From the NCBI GenBank assembly GCA_049999805.1, contig JBNGIO010006178.1, forward strand, positions 195,055-259,054: a stretch of 64,000 nt of DNA, read 5' to 3'. A model generated the notes under the pieces. The model had not been told where the DNA came from. It made no database searches and was given only the letters and a program-made list of their open reading frames with translations. Shown here piece after piece: positions 49,401-61,695 of this stretch (positions within the stretch are counted from its first letter, which is position 1; every line of letters begins with the position of its first letter). This DNA is from Folioceros fuciformis (taxonomy: Eukaryota). Both the position numbers and the translations under genes were made by a program.

Positions 49401-52400
49401 TACTTGCAGACAGATGCCAACTCCTAACATGATATGGAAGAAAATCAGACATCCAGTAGGTACTCACAGCATTTAACACTTGAAGACGCATTTGCTGGTT
49501 TCCAAGCGCAGCAGCCGCAGCAAAAATAGATTGTGTGATGCTGCAGACGACCCAACCATTAGTAAATGCCAGTTGGTTTGGTACTCACAATTCAGTGGTT
49601 AATGTTCAAAGGGCTTTCATACCGTGGTATATCTAGCTCCAGCAACTCATGCCCTCTCTTCTCAATCAGCTGAGTCACAGCCATGATACTTCCTTCGCCA
49701 GATAGCTCAGTTTTGTCACAAATCGCTGAAGAACACCCACGAAGTGCAGCCACCAGCTGGCAAAACCTCAAGATCATTGACTCAAGGATGACTAGTAACA
49801 GTTGCTTGCATGGCTACCAAGCAAGATCAATCAAGATATTCTCACCTCGCCAGTTGTCAAGAGCACGCCAACAGATGCTACAATTTGACGCACAATACCA
49901 CCATCTAGACCATTTTGCTCCTGATGGACAAGAATACACTTGGTTAGGGCCTACAGATTACCAATTGACAATAAGACGGGTAGTATCTCCAATCATTGTA
50001 GCAATAACCATACGAAACCCTGGGGAGTGAGTGAAGATTGTCACCCAGTTCGTAACAGCGATCAGTTCCTCCAAAGCTGATAAGGCAGCATATGCTGTGG
50101 ACCGATCCTCTGGAGCTGCGCCAACTGGCTTTGGAAGGAGTAATGAGATGCTGAAGAACAAGTCAAGAATCTAACCAACGCAAAAGAACACAGTCAGCTG
50201 CAATGCTACTCCACACAAGACATGACCACAAACGCATGGAAGCACTAATGGGGAATCAAACGTATGATGATGTACACAAGGTTGTACTGCACGACAACCC
50301 AAAGCAATTTGTTAAAACTACCTGTGCAGCAGTTTTTCGTATCTCAGTAGACACATCCGCACAGCGTGGAAGATATGCCATTACCCTCTCTCCAAGCCTC
50401 AACCCCTCCCTAGGAGGCAGCAGAGGCGTGGCTGTTGATGGTGCAGAGTTATTAGACACATACATAAGCATACCACTGCAAGTTGCACCTACTTCAAGAT
50501 GCCATGTAAGCTTCACCTTTACCTGCTGTACTACTTTGAGCCCATTCAGCTGGAGTCCTGAGGTGTGTGCAGATCCCTGTACAATTGAATGGACACGTTC
50601 CAACGGTACAAAAACTGCGGAACTGGCGAAGAAGGGCTAGAACAGCAGTGCAAGATCTGAGCCTCTGATGCTCATCTCGAGAGGACACATATTGATCCAA
50701 ACTCCATAGCAGGTGGTGCAGTTGATCAGCCCTACTTTTCCCATCGTCCCCACTAGCCACCACGCAGTGCAAAATCGTTTTGATTTGAAAAAGTGTGGAA
50801 AACAGTGACGTGGAAGTGCACGACAGAAGCATGCAGTGAAGGGATGCAGTGAGCACATTCATTACCTGGTCAGCAAAATTGCGCATAGCAGGTTGACCAG
50901 GTTTCCAAGTATGGAACCCATCACGTCAACTGGCTCTGGAGGAAGAGTAAAGAAACCTAGTGTTGCCTGTTAGCATGGGAAACAAGTAATTCAGTATACA
51001 TAGCCTAGAAATAAAAGTATTTCCCACTAACAAGTTTATGTCAGAGCATTTACTTGCAAAATGCGGTCCCTCATAACAATGGTCAGTTTAGGCTCGACTG
51101 ACACCAATGTAGTGCAGGTGTGAACAGCCAAATCCTGAAAAACATGCAAAACTATCAGCAATGGATGGCACATGTTTCAAGGCAATGAAATAATTTTGAA
51201 GAAGCTAATCCAGTTCAAAATGCCTAGTGTGAGGGGGAACTACTTAAAGGAGAACAATGAGCACGCACAGTGTGGGAAAAATCAAGCCAAAAACCTCGCC
51301 TGTGTATGAAGGACATCCAGGTCCAAGGCACTGGACAAACCATATCCATATCCAGATTCTTGGCCTGCCATGAGAGCAATTGTGTAATCCAACAGTTGAT
51401 CACGATTCTTCAAAGGAAAAGATGAACCATTAGCTCCTGCTTTGATGACTGCTTGCCCTGTGGATTGCACGAAATGGCCAAAGCTCAAAGCAGGCCTCCA
51501 GCATAAGTTCCTGCACCAGCCTCAGCCTACTGAAGACGTACCTAAGAGGTTGATTGCCGTTATAACAGCTTGCTTGGCTGACGCAGTTCTTACGTCCAAG
51601 AGTCCCGACAACATGTTCGTTCCCTGGTGGATGAGACCAAAGAAACAACCAACAAGATAAATACCTCCAGGTCTGGCCTGACTGCTGTGAAGCTTCACGT
51701 TCTAAGAAGGGCAATGGTATGTGAGATCATACTTGAGTCAGGGCTTGGTCTACTCACCACAAGCGTATCAATACGAGCTTCTATAACTGTTGAGGGAGCA
51801 TATGTAGCTGCGTACCCATACATGAGAGCTAGAGCAGCACATACATCATCCACATCTGGCCTGTTTTTCTGGTCAAAAAAAATTAAGAATAGCCTGCAGG
51901 GATGTTTGAGGGTTAACTTCCTGATAAACCATTTCATGCGCAAACCTTATCACTTCATGTATCAAGCACCTCTGTTTTAGTCTTCAAACAAATTGTTCCA
52001 AAATCCGCTGAAGTCACCTGTGTATTCTTTTGCGCCCTTGATTTTCCAAAATTTTCCTCAGCTTTTCAAGCACAGTGTCCAGATGAGAAGCAGCAACCTG
52101 CAGCGGTAACACCTCAAAGTAGTTAAAAAATCAGAGGGCTATTTGAAACATCAGGGCTAATTGAGAAATCACAGTACTAAAAACGTCGGACAATCTGCAT
52201 CATGAGACTACACGAACTCACACCATACCAGTCCCATTCCCATGGCAAGCCCAAGTCGGTTCGACTGGTCTGCCACATTGGCCTGCTTGTACATTATTGC
52301 AATCTTATCCCGCACATAAGCCCTGTCTGTGACCTTTTGAAGTAGAATGCCAAGGCATCTGAGAGGGAAAAACCGGCCAGTACACAATCACGCTATGCTT

Positions 52401-55400
52401 TCATTGCAAGGTATGATGGAGATCCTCAGCATGAAAGGTGATAAAAAGAACATGCTTAGAGAAACACGTGCCTGTGCAGAAGTCCTGCGTGTTCATGATC
52501 CCCGGCATAGAGCTCATATTGACTAGAAAAAGCATTTCCAAGAGCAATCATCCACTCGGGATTCTGGATAACATCGAGAGACTCAGAGAGCAGCTGCCAT
52601 AGTGAGACCCCTCATCAGCAATACCGAAGCCTGTTTCTACGTCAAAACTGGAAAACGGATTACTAAAACGTCCAATTTGCAACTCCCCCATCGGCATGGA
52701 AAGATGCAGCACTGCAAATTCAACACTCACATGAACAATCATGCCATCCCAAGTTTCTTGGTTCCAGGAGACATCATCACAGTAACTGATGAAAGCTTTC
52801 AGCTTCGGAATCTACAGAACAACAGGTCCACGTACATGAGAAATTTAGTAACTAAGAGAACCTTACTGAACGGGAATGCCTGATAATACCTCATCTTCCC
52901 AGAGCAGCAAAATTTCCTTGGGAAACAGTGGCGCCAGATAAAACAACACCTGTGATTTCACACAGACAAGAAATCAGGAATGGCTTTGACCATAATTGGT
53001 CTCCTACACCCAAGTTTCATCTGAATAGAGTCACTTCAATAAGGGCCTCACTGTCAGAATGCGAGCTCCCAATTGCTCCCTTGACATTGGATTTCGAAGA
53101 AGTACTAACAAGCGGGCAAGCACCTCCTGCACAAGTCATATTCTCATTACAGCTCGTAGCTGTGGTATGGGAATAAAGTAGCATTAAAGGCATCACTCAC
53201 TCGAACTCTAATCAAAAGACATCACAGAATTCTGCTCACTTCTGGCCTTGGAACATCTGTGCATGTGACATAATCAACACTAACGCTTTCACCCATTGCC
53301 AGTCTGCGCTTGGCTATCTCTGCAAGGCATTTACACACCTGGAAAAGAAATGACATTTATATCAAATTAAGGTGAAATGACACCAAAGTTAATCATCCCA
53401 CGGCTCGAACACTTACAATGGCTACAGCACTAGTGTACCGCCTCGGTATCAACACCTTCAACAAAAAGGGCCAGAGCGCCGACTGCAAGAAAGGTGAGCA
53501 TGTGATGTATAAGAGAATTTCGAGGCAATTTGTTCCTACCAAGGAGCTGCATAAAACTTTTCAAGTTGAATTTGACATCAGCTTGTTAATGAACTGGCTA
53601 CCAAAAGCTTAACACTAACCTCCATTTCAGGTATGGTGCTTGCCATTAGCAGCAAGCCTTTGTCACAAACAGCTCGCAGTTCCAGTAACGAGACTTCTCC
53701 AACTTTTAGCTGGACAGGCATCAGATCAACTCAGCAATCTAAGCAGAGACAACAGCTCTAGCGACATCGTACCATATCATCCCATGTACCACATGCATTA
53801 AACAGAACCTCACATCATTTTTAGATTGTTGGCGGTCCTCAACGCCAATTACTTTCTCAATAGCCCTCCTTTGGATTTGGAACTGCTCAACCTCATCATC
53901 CGCAATGGCGCACTGCCTGACCAGAAACTCAACGACAAGTTTCCCACTGTCTCTCTCAAAGTAGCAATTGGCAGCCATCACTACAACTAGCTGTACACAA
54001 CAATACACAGTCATTTCCTGAGACACAGCTGGACCCAGTAGTAAGCATCTGTCTTCATCACTGAAGCTAGTGCTACCTCCACAATACTCTTTCGCAGATT
54101 GAGGCCCCTCTCTTGAAGTGTTGAGTTGATAGCCTCAGCCAGTGTTGGCCTGTAAGCGGCCCAAGCTTCTGGTAACCTAAGCAGCAGTCATCGAGGAACA
54201 GATTCAAGTAGAAGCACAGACCATGTACCCATCCAGATCTTACACTTGTAGAACAGCTTAGATTAACCTAAGTCAAGAAATCAGGGACAAAATGAGCACC
54301 TTGAGACGAGATGCCTGAGCACAGAAAATGTTCCCAATCTCACAGGATCTTCCTTGGAAGTGATGCGCTGGTATTAGGAGAAAAATGATCAGATAAAGCA
54401 ACAAATCACATGGCTAGTGAAGGAAACCCAAAATTTTGTAAAGGAACCATCGAAATATGTACTGTCATCAATGTGTCTTACGGTGTGGAGATACTTGTAC
54501 ATCTCTTCTGGATAAACCTCACCGATGGTACTGAAGCATCGCAATACTTCATTGACATTCTGGAAATTGTACATATGTCAGTACGAGCTCAGTGATGCAA
54601 ACACAGAAACAAGATGTCGAGCAGTCTGTCACCTTCAGGATAATACTTGGTTCATTGTCGCCTAGGTGCGAGGACAGTGATGCCATAGGCAAGATGAAAT
54701 TTATAACGGAGGCAAGGTCCTGTAGCAGATTTAACACGGATTTAGCTGGTGTATCCTACCTAAATTTTTAAAATGCTTAGAGCATTTCAACGATAGAACA
54801 ATACACGGAAAATTCATCCCCGTGGTTTTGCTGTCATGGGTAGTACCACAAAGTCAACCAAAGGCGTGTTGTCACCGTGCAGAAGAACCGCATCTAGAAT
54901 CAGGTGTAAGCCGTGTGTAATTGTCAGAGGATTCTGAGGCTCTCTCTTTAATCTGGGCATGAAGGTTCCAAAGTGATGCTCCCGACAAGTTGACTGATTG
55001 TGTCAAGACAATATGCAGATGCTGGGGGAAACATAACTTCCGACACTTACACATTAAGAACAGCAGGAAGGAGCTTAGGCAGTGCTAGCTTCAGCTGCGG
55101 AGAACTTATAAGGCCAACCATTTGGCCCAGCGCATCAACAGCTGCAGCACGTACCTAAGCCAGACAATATCATGCAGCATGAATCAGAAGCTATGAGCTG
55201 ACACACTGAGTGACTACACGTATCTGTCTGAAGATGACAAACAAACAAATCAAGTGAGCAGGATGTTTCCACGTGACTGACCCTTGGCTCAGACGATCCA
55301 ACCCAAGATCCAAGGAACAGTTCAAAAGCCGAATAGAGTAGAGCTCTGAAGAGGGGATTGCATCAGAATAAAGAGCACTGAGCAATGCCCAGTACACCAC

Positions 55401-57016
55401 GAACAGAGGGAAGAGAAACAAGTGAGATGACTGGATGGCTGGAACGCGCTTACTGCAAGTCATTGTCTAGAACTGATGCAGACGCAGAAACTTCTTCGTA
55501 CTGGGAAATTGTTGCGCACCAGCACGTGAAAGCTGGAAAAAAACACAGGTTAAGCCTCAGTGTGCAATAGTAACCCACTCTGTAGTGCAAACTGGACTAT
55601 CCAAATTGCAACAGGAACTCAAAACACTAGCATTTTCCTGACCCACTCCAGCCTTATGATCATTGATGCATCACGTCCGAGTCAGAAGTATCATCAAGAG
55701 GAGTCACAGCAGATAACACTGACCATTTGCATATATGGGCCTCTGGAAATCCCTGACACCACCAAGAATTGGCATCACATGGTATAGAACTCCTTTCACT
55801 CGAGGAGCAAACCGGAAAGCTTTGCAACAAAAAAAAACAAATAACTGCAGGTCAGAATGAATCATGCCAACTTGAAAATTACTACGCCACCACCCAGACT
55901 TTGAAGTTGACTCTATCAACTGCGCATGAAGTTGCGGGTGCCTACCGTCTACTACCGCAAAGTCTGCAAGGCACTGGACCGCAGCAACCACGAATGCAGA
56001 ATTCCCTGACAGTTGGCCAAAAACTTCATCCATCACCTGTGTAAGAACATGCAATACTGTCTGCCATGATTGCACAAGAGGTACTACCTCCCAAACGGTA
56101 CCTAGCGATTTCAGATGCAACCAATATTAAGCCAAAGCATCCATTCCACGTCCAGTCCAGTCATGGTACAGCCATCTTTGACAACAGACTACCAGATCGG
56201 GCACACGAGATGCCAAAGCCACCAGGAGACTAGACGCAGCTCGTTGCCAGTCCGAATTGAAATCCTGCACAAGAAAAGCCACAAGAATAATCAGCTGAGG
56301 AACGTGGATGACGCCAGTCACTCAGAGCCAAACTGAGTAGGCAAAAACTTAGGCAACCTTGCTGCTGGTCATGTCCGCAATTGCAATCTTGGTCATTCTT
56401 TGCATAAGTTCCGTGTCCAGGTCCGTATCCGGCATCTCCCGGACGGTGTGAGCCATAATCCTAAAAACCCCAGCATGATGACTGCCCAACTCTCCCCCTC
56501 TCTGGGGGAGAAAGCAATACACACAATCAAAAAACAGGAACTGGAGGTAAAAATCAGGGCTCTGTACACACTCCGTACCCGAACACAACCTACCAAAAAC
56601 AGGAAAAGAGAAAGTCACGAGCAAGAAATTACCCGTTTTCCGATCCGCAGGCTTGATATACAATAGTCCAGAACGACCCCAGCATTACTGCATGTAAGAA
56701 GCAAGGCCACCGGCAATTGAGCCGTCTTCCGTCTAAAACCCAAAACCCCATCAAATGTTACCATCCAAAAAAAAGGACCTACCGATCTGCATTTTCTCGC
56801 AAACCATCTGCAGCAGCCTCCCGCACCGCAAGAGCAGTGTCGGCAAGGGCTCCCACCAGCACCCGAATTGCAGCTGATTTCTCCCAACACCAAGATTCAA
56901 GACCAAGACTTCAGAGCAGGCTCGGATCAACCAAAAGAAGCGAATTACGCAGGAAAAGTTCGATTCTCCACACCTGCTGATAGGGATATGGGAGCACCCA
57001 CATTATTGGAGGCCAT
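46492..57016 (-). CDS. SGR6: SHOOT GRAVITROPISM 6 / maestro HEAT-repeat (MROH1-like) protein, ~50 exons
   Basis: Traced exons from [20 protein letters not shown] through [103 protein letters not shown] to [10 protein letters not shown]. Collinear with Arabidopsis SGR6 as I recall it. Confidence 0.93.
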
Positions 57017-57753
57017 CTACAACCTCAAATGCCAGGCGACCCAGCTGCAGATTGCGTCCCCTCGATCATGTCAATCTGCCCGCCCGAACCAATCCTCCCA
57101 GGCGCGGGCGCATCAAGAAAATATGCCCGCCTCTTAAAAGATCGGGGATGGAAAAATCCCACTTTCTCGTCGGCAACTTGTTCAACCTCCACTCACCATG
57201 CAGACAGCAGCAGCACCGAAGAATCCAGTAGCGCCAGTGAGACGAGCAAGACTGGCCTGAAAACAGAACGGCGCACTCGTATCCTGGTGAGTTCAGGAGA
57301 CGACCGCACAAAGGTTTGCTTAGCATGTAGATTGCACTCGGGTTGTGACGACGATCCACGCTAAACTCCGAAGCCGCCCAGACACTGGCTTCCGTCACTT
57401 CTTTCTTTCCTCTTGGCCCGTTCCTCCTGGACGGAAAGCCGGCTTTTATTTCCTGCTCTGAGTAACTTGTGTCACGGTAATTCAAGTATTTGTCGGCAAG
57501 CCTGCTTCGCGAGCTTGCATCCAAGCTCGTCTTGCCACCCACCTTCGAAGGTAGGAGGGACTCGTTTTATGTGGCCGCTAAGGAATCTCTCCGCGTCCCC
57601 TCCCATCCTACTTTACTCCGTTTGTCTGATTCTGGAAGAGATTAGAGGAGAAGTGAGCGAGAGCGACTTTATTATAAACGAGGTTGTAACTCAATATAAT
57701 GGTGGTGCGTTTAGATACAGGTGGTATATGCGGTGGGCGAACAGAAGAATTTC

Positions 57754-59347
57754 TCACGTAGACACCTCTGGGAATAGGTCCGATTGCAAGGGTTCTCCAG
57801 GTTGCAATCCAGGGTTGTACCCTGCTTCCACCCATACAGAATGCATTGTCCCTGGAATTCAGGGGCCAGAACTTGTGACACTTACATCTTGGAGGTGACG
57901 TAAACGAGCGGGAAGGAAAGGAAGGGAAAGGAACGAAGGTGACAGGCAGGGGGGCACACCTGGGCGAGGATCGAAAAAGACTTGATCACCAACCCAGCGA
58001 GTGGCATACGCTCTTCTGCGAAGAGTTGAAGTCTCTATGCCAGGAGCTCCGTGGAAAGCGAAGCTTTGGTGCACAAGACAGTCGCCTGGGTCAAGGTCCC
58101 AGGTTAACAGCTCCAACTGGACCAACAGAAACACGAAACTGCGCTCAGCATCAACATGACGCTGCTACGTTTGGGGACATGTGTCGAAGATGTTGCTGGT
58201 AGATGAAACTCTCAACTTAGGTTCTCTGACCTCATCGAGCTTGCTCTCAATGTCTGGAATCTCAGGCAGGCTCTCAGAAGAAGAGGCCTTGTACCGCTCC
58301 TGGTCACCCGAAAACGAAGCAATCCTGCAAGCGCCATCAAAGTCGGGCGGCTCAGCAGCGTCGCCCCGCTCATGGGTAGAGCACCAACGTATCCTGCCTT
58401 CAAAACAGTATACGAGGGCCTACGAGCCAGACGACAGGCATTGATTGACGTGTATACATACCTATGAACCACCTTCCACTTATGCGATCCCTTGACATAC
58501 TGAAGACACGCCGTCTTGGGAATATGGTCCAGAGCAAGCCACAAGGAGATCACCTGCTCACCCTTCAAGGGCCAGTAGGAGTGATCATTGTGCCACGGAG
58601 TCTTGGTGCTGGTTCCAGGCTCTTTGACGAACAACTGGTCATAAAAGAGTCTCACGCTCTTGGCCCTACACCACGCATGGATTCACACTACAAACTCAGG
58701 CACGTCATTCCACACCACAACGGTCACCCAACCCTCCCGACCAGGCCAGGCCACCCCCAGTACCGTGTCATAGTCCTGGCAATCTCCCCAGCAGGAGACT
58801 GAAACACAAACTCGCGCATCACATGATGCCGCTTCCACAGAAACTGGTCATCATGAAAACGCTCCGCCTGAACAATCAACACCCACCAATCAGCAACACC
58901 GACATCCCACAGACTTGCCAGCAGGTTCAGGAGCGGAAACTGCACCGTGCCAGGCTTAGCATGCTCGTCGCAGAGAGGACCTGCACGAGCATGAATTCCG
59001 CGGCCCTCAGAAAGAAGCCCTCACACTGACAAAGCCCTGCCTGCCTCTCACTCCATGGAAGTCGTCTTACCCGGATTCTTCAGGTTGATCTCCGCTGCAT
59101 CACGCAGCTTGTGAATCCAGTCGGAACCGAACAGCCCGCGCAGAACCACGGCACCATCCTCCTCGAAACGTCGAACATCCTGCTCCGATATCCTGCACTC
59201 CACAACGTTATCCCATGTCGCCAGCAAAACCTTCCCCTCCTCCTCTCACGTCCCTCTCCCATCACAAAAACCCCACCTGGAGCCTCCCGCGGGCGCACTG
59301 GTTGCAAGCGCCCGGAATCGAGCCCAACTGCGCAGGCCTGCCCTCAT
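57754..59347 (-). CDS. Phytanoyl-CoA dioxygenase (PhyH) family Fe(II)/2-oxoglutarate dioxygenase with mitochondrial-type presequence, 8 exons
   Basis: FEEDGAVVLRGLF; LFYDQLFVKEPGTSTKTPWHND (HxD); LWLALD; LQYVKGSHKW; DLDPGDCLVH..HGA (distal His); RRAYATRW. N-terminus MRAGLRSWARFRALAT. Confidence 0.9.
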
Positions 59348-59525
59348 CTTGCCTCTCGCTTCTATCAGTAACGATGCGTCCGTCTTCCCCTTACCAGCCG
59401 GCAGTGTGAAAGTTCACCAGAACTTCTTTTTAAAATGCGGCGGCCATTGCCGGAAGCGGTAGCCTGTCTGACAAGCAAGCAATCGAGCTTACTTGTCTCG
59501 CACCGCAGCGAGCCCCGACACTTGG

Positions 59526-60929
59526 ATGGCACGGCAGGGACGGAGCCGGAGGTGCGAACCCTCGGGGCCGCCGCGAACCTTCCTCCTCCTCCCGACGGTC
59601 CTGCTGCTCTCGACGGCGGGGCTTCTGGCCCTACTTCACCACCAGCATGGCGCTCCCGGACAGCGGGAGATGGCGACTTTGCGGGCTTTCCAGGACAATG
59701 TGGCACAATGTGTGGGACGCAACGGGCTGGGGCTGCAAGCGGAGGTGAAGGACGAATGCAGGATTGAAGTGCGCTACCCTCCGGGTACCAACAGCACGTG
59801 GTACAGCACTCAGTTTCGCCGGGTGGAGGCGACATCCTTCGAGCTCAACGTGTGCGACGCTGTGCAGCTCTGGGAGCAGTACCGGAACGTGACGACGGTC
59901 CTGACGCGGGAGTACCTAGATGCCCGGCCTGACGGCTGGCTGGAGTACGCGGCCAAGCGAATTGCGCAGCTGGGGTCCGACAAGTGCTACAACCGGAGCA
60001 GATGCGAGGACGAACTCTCCCTCGTGCTCCCTACAAGGCCACCATTCCGCCCCCGCCAGTTCCGCACCTGCGCGGTGGTAGGCAATTCGGGGGACCTGCT
60101 CAAAACGGAGTTCGGGGCGGAGATCGACGCCCACGATGCCGTGTTCCGGGAGAACGAGGCGGAGGTGAGCTCAGCGTATGCAAAACACGTGGGGTTGAAG
60201 CGGACGTTCCGGCTCATCGGCCGGGGGATAGCGCGGAGTATGGAGCGGGTGGTGGAAGGGGCGGAGGAAGAGGTAGTGGTGATCAAGAGCCTCATCCACC
60301 GCGACTTCAACGCCAAGATCAGGCGGCTGCCGAACCCCGTCTACCTCTTCCAGGGCGTGGTGCTGCGGCGGGGGGCCAAGGGCACGGGGATCAAGGCCGT
60401 GGAGCTCGCGCTCTCTATGTGCGACAGTGTGGACATGTACGGCTTCACTGTGGATCCCGGGTACGCGGGCTGGACCAGGTACTTCTCTGCGTCGCGGACG
60501 GGACACAATCCGTTGCAGGGAAGGGCGTACTACCAGCTGCTGGAGTGTCTCGGGGTGTTCAGGATTCATTCCCCCATGCGGGAGCGGAGGAAGCAGGACT
60601 GGTCCGTGGTTCCAGGGAGGGAGGCGGTGCGGGAGGCTTACGATGCCTCTGTGAGGTTGAAGGGGCGGGAGCCCGGGCCGTTTGCGTCCTGCCAGGTTTG
60701 GGCGGACGGGAAGGAGGAGGCGGGGCCGGCGTTCGGGGCCCCGGGTATGAGCCAGGTGCGCAGGGCGTCGCAATATAATAAGTGGGAGATGCTCGGGGTG
60801 GAGGATTTGCGACCTGAGGCACAAGAGCATCTCCGTGCGATGCAGGGGGTGTCTCTTTACAAGCTGGATGGAAACAAGCTGGATAACCTGATTTGTGTGA
60901 GGCACAACTCCGTCGGCGCCATTGCATGA
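59526..60929 (+). CDS. Sialyltransferase-like protein (GT29, SIA/MGP2-type), type II membrane, intronless
   Basis: N-terminal transmembrane segment; sialylmotif L TCAVVGNSGDLLKTEFGAEIDAHDAVFRENEA; motif S GTGIKAVELALSMCDSVDMYGF; GHNPLQGRAYYQLLECLG. First ATG at 59526. Confidence 0.94.
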   Translation: MARQGRSRRCEPSGPPRTFLLLPTVLLLSTAGLLALLHHQHGAPGQREMATLRAFQDNVAQCVGRNGLGLQAEVKDECRIEVRYPPGTNSTWYSTQFRRVEATSFELNVCDAVQLWEQYRNVTTVLTREYLDARPDGWLEYAAKRIAQLGSDKCYNRSRCEDELSLVLPTRPPFRPRQFRTCAVVGNSGDLLKTEFGAEIDAHDAVFRENEAEVSSAYAKHVGLKRTFRLIGRGIARSMERVVEGAEEEVVVIKSLIHRDFNAKIRRLPNPVYLFQGVVLRRGAKGTGIKAVELALSMCDSVDMYGFTVDPGYAGWTRYFSASRTGHNPLQGRAYYQLLECLGVFRIHSPMRERRKQDWSVVPGREAVREAYDASVRLKGREPGPFASCQVWADGKEEAGPAFGAPGMSQVRRASQYNKWEMLGVEDLRPEAQEHLRAMQGVSLYKLDGNKLDNLICVRHNSVGAIA

Positions 60930-61409
60930 TGAGAAACTCAAAATGCCGCACGCATCATTCTGCGCGCGCAATTGATTGCCAAGAAACTCCAGCACGTTCC
61001 AAGGTGACATGCAAAATGGTCTACCACTGTTTGGACAAAACCTCGTTTCCGTGCTGTTTGCCATCGCATCGGCAGGTGAGTTCATCGCCATGTTTTCCCC
61101 AGGGACGCACACAGCTTGTTCCTAATAACACGACACCGAGACGACTCCGAACGAGATTCCCGGCAGACTCTTCTCTTCTTACTCCTGTTCTTTCCTCTTC
61201 GGGGGAGAACTTGGCCAGCGACGGAGTACTCACACCCCGGGATGCTTCTTGCTCTTTGTCCATTTAAGACAAAACAGCGGGCGCAGAGTTGGAAGCGTGG
61301 CGACTAAAGCTCTAGCGTGGAAGTGGATGAACGCCGTGATCCGTTATGCATATTTTCGCAAAACTGGAACGAAAACGATTGTGGTCTCAAATGTGTTCTT
61401 ACATCATTG

Positions 61410-61475
61410 CATCTCCTGCCGACAGTCAGGACAAGGAAGCCCCATCTCCTGCCGACAGTCGGGACAAGGCAGCCC
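61410..61475. repeat. 33-bp tandem duplication
   Basis: CATCTCCTGCCGACAGTC(A/G)GGACAAGG(A/C)AGCCC x2. Confidence 0.85.
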
Positions 61476-61695
61476 CGAGGAGGTGGTCATCCTTCTGATC
61501 AAAACCAGATCAAATGGGGTCTCGCCGCAAGTGCTATTCCCCATTGTTGGCACCTGTTCAGAAAGCTTTTCACAGTAGTCCTGCTGCCACCATTTATCGG
61601 TAGACCCGCGAAATGCTCACACCTTACATTGTACCGATTGTCCTTTGGTTATTAGCTCCAATTCGGAAACAGATTGCAACATGACGGCCGGCCTT

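Noticed and set aside
57017..57260. Upstream exon of SGR6 ending in ATG right at a GT donor (~57197)
   Set aside because: At most it adds one Met or is 5' UTR; cannot be resolved without transcripts.
59984..61112. Long alternative-frame and antisense ORFs over GT29 (similar ones overlap RabGAP and CAC3 exon 1)
   Set aside because: Expected shadows of GC-rich coding sequence; no recognisable motifs.
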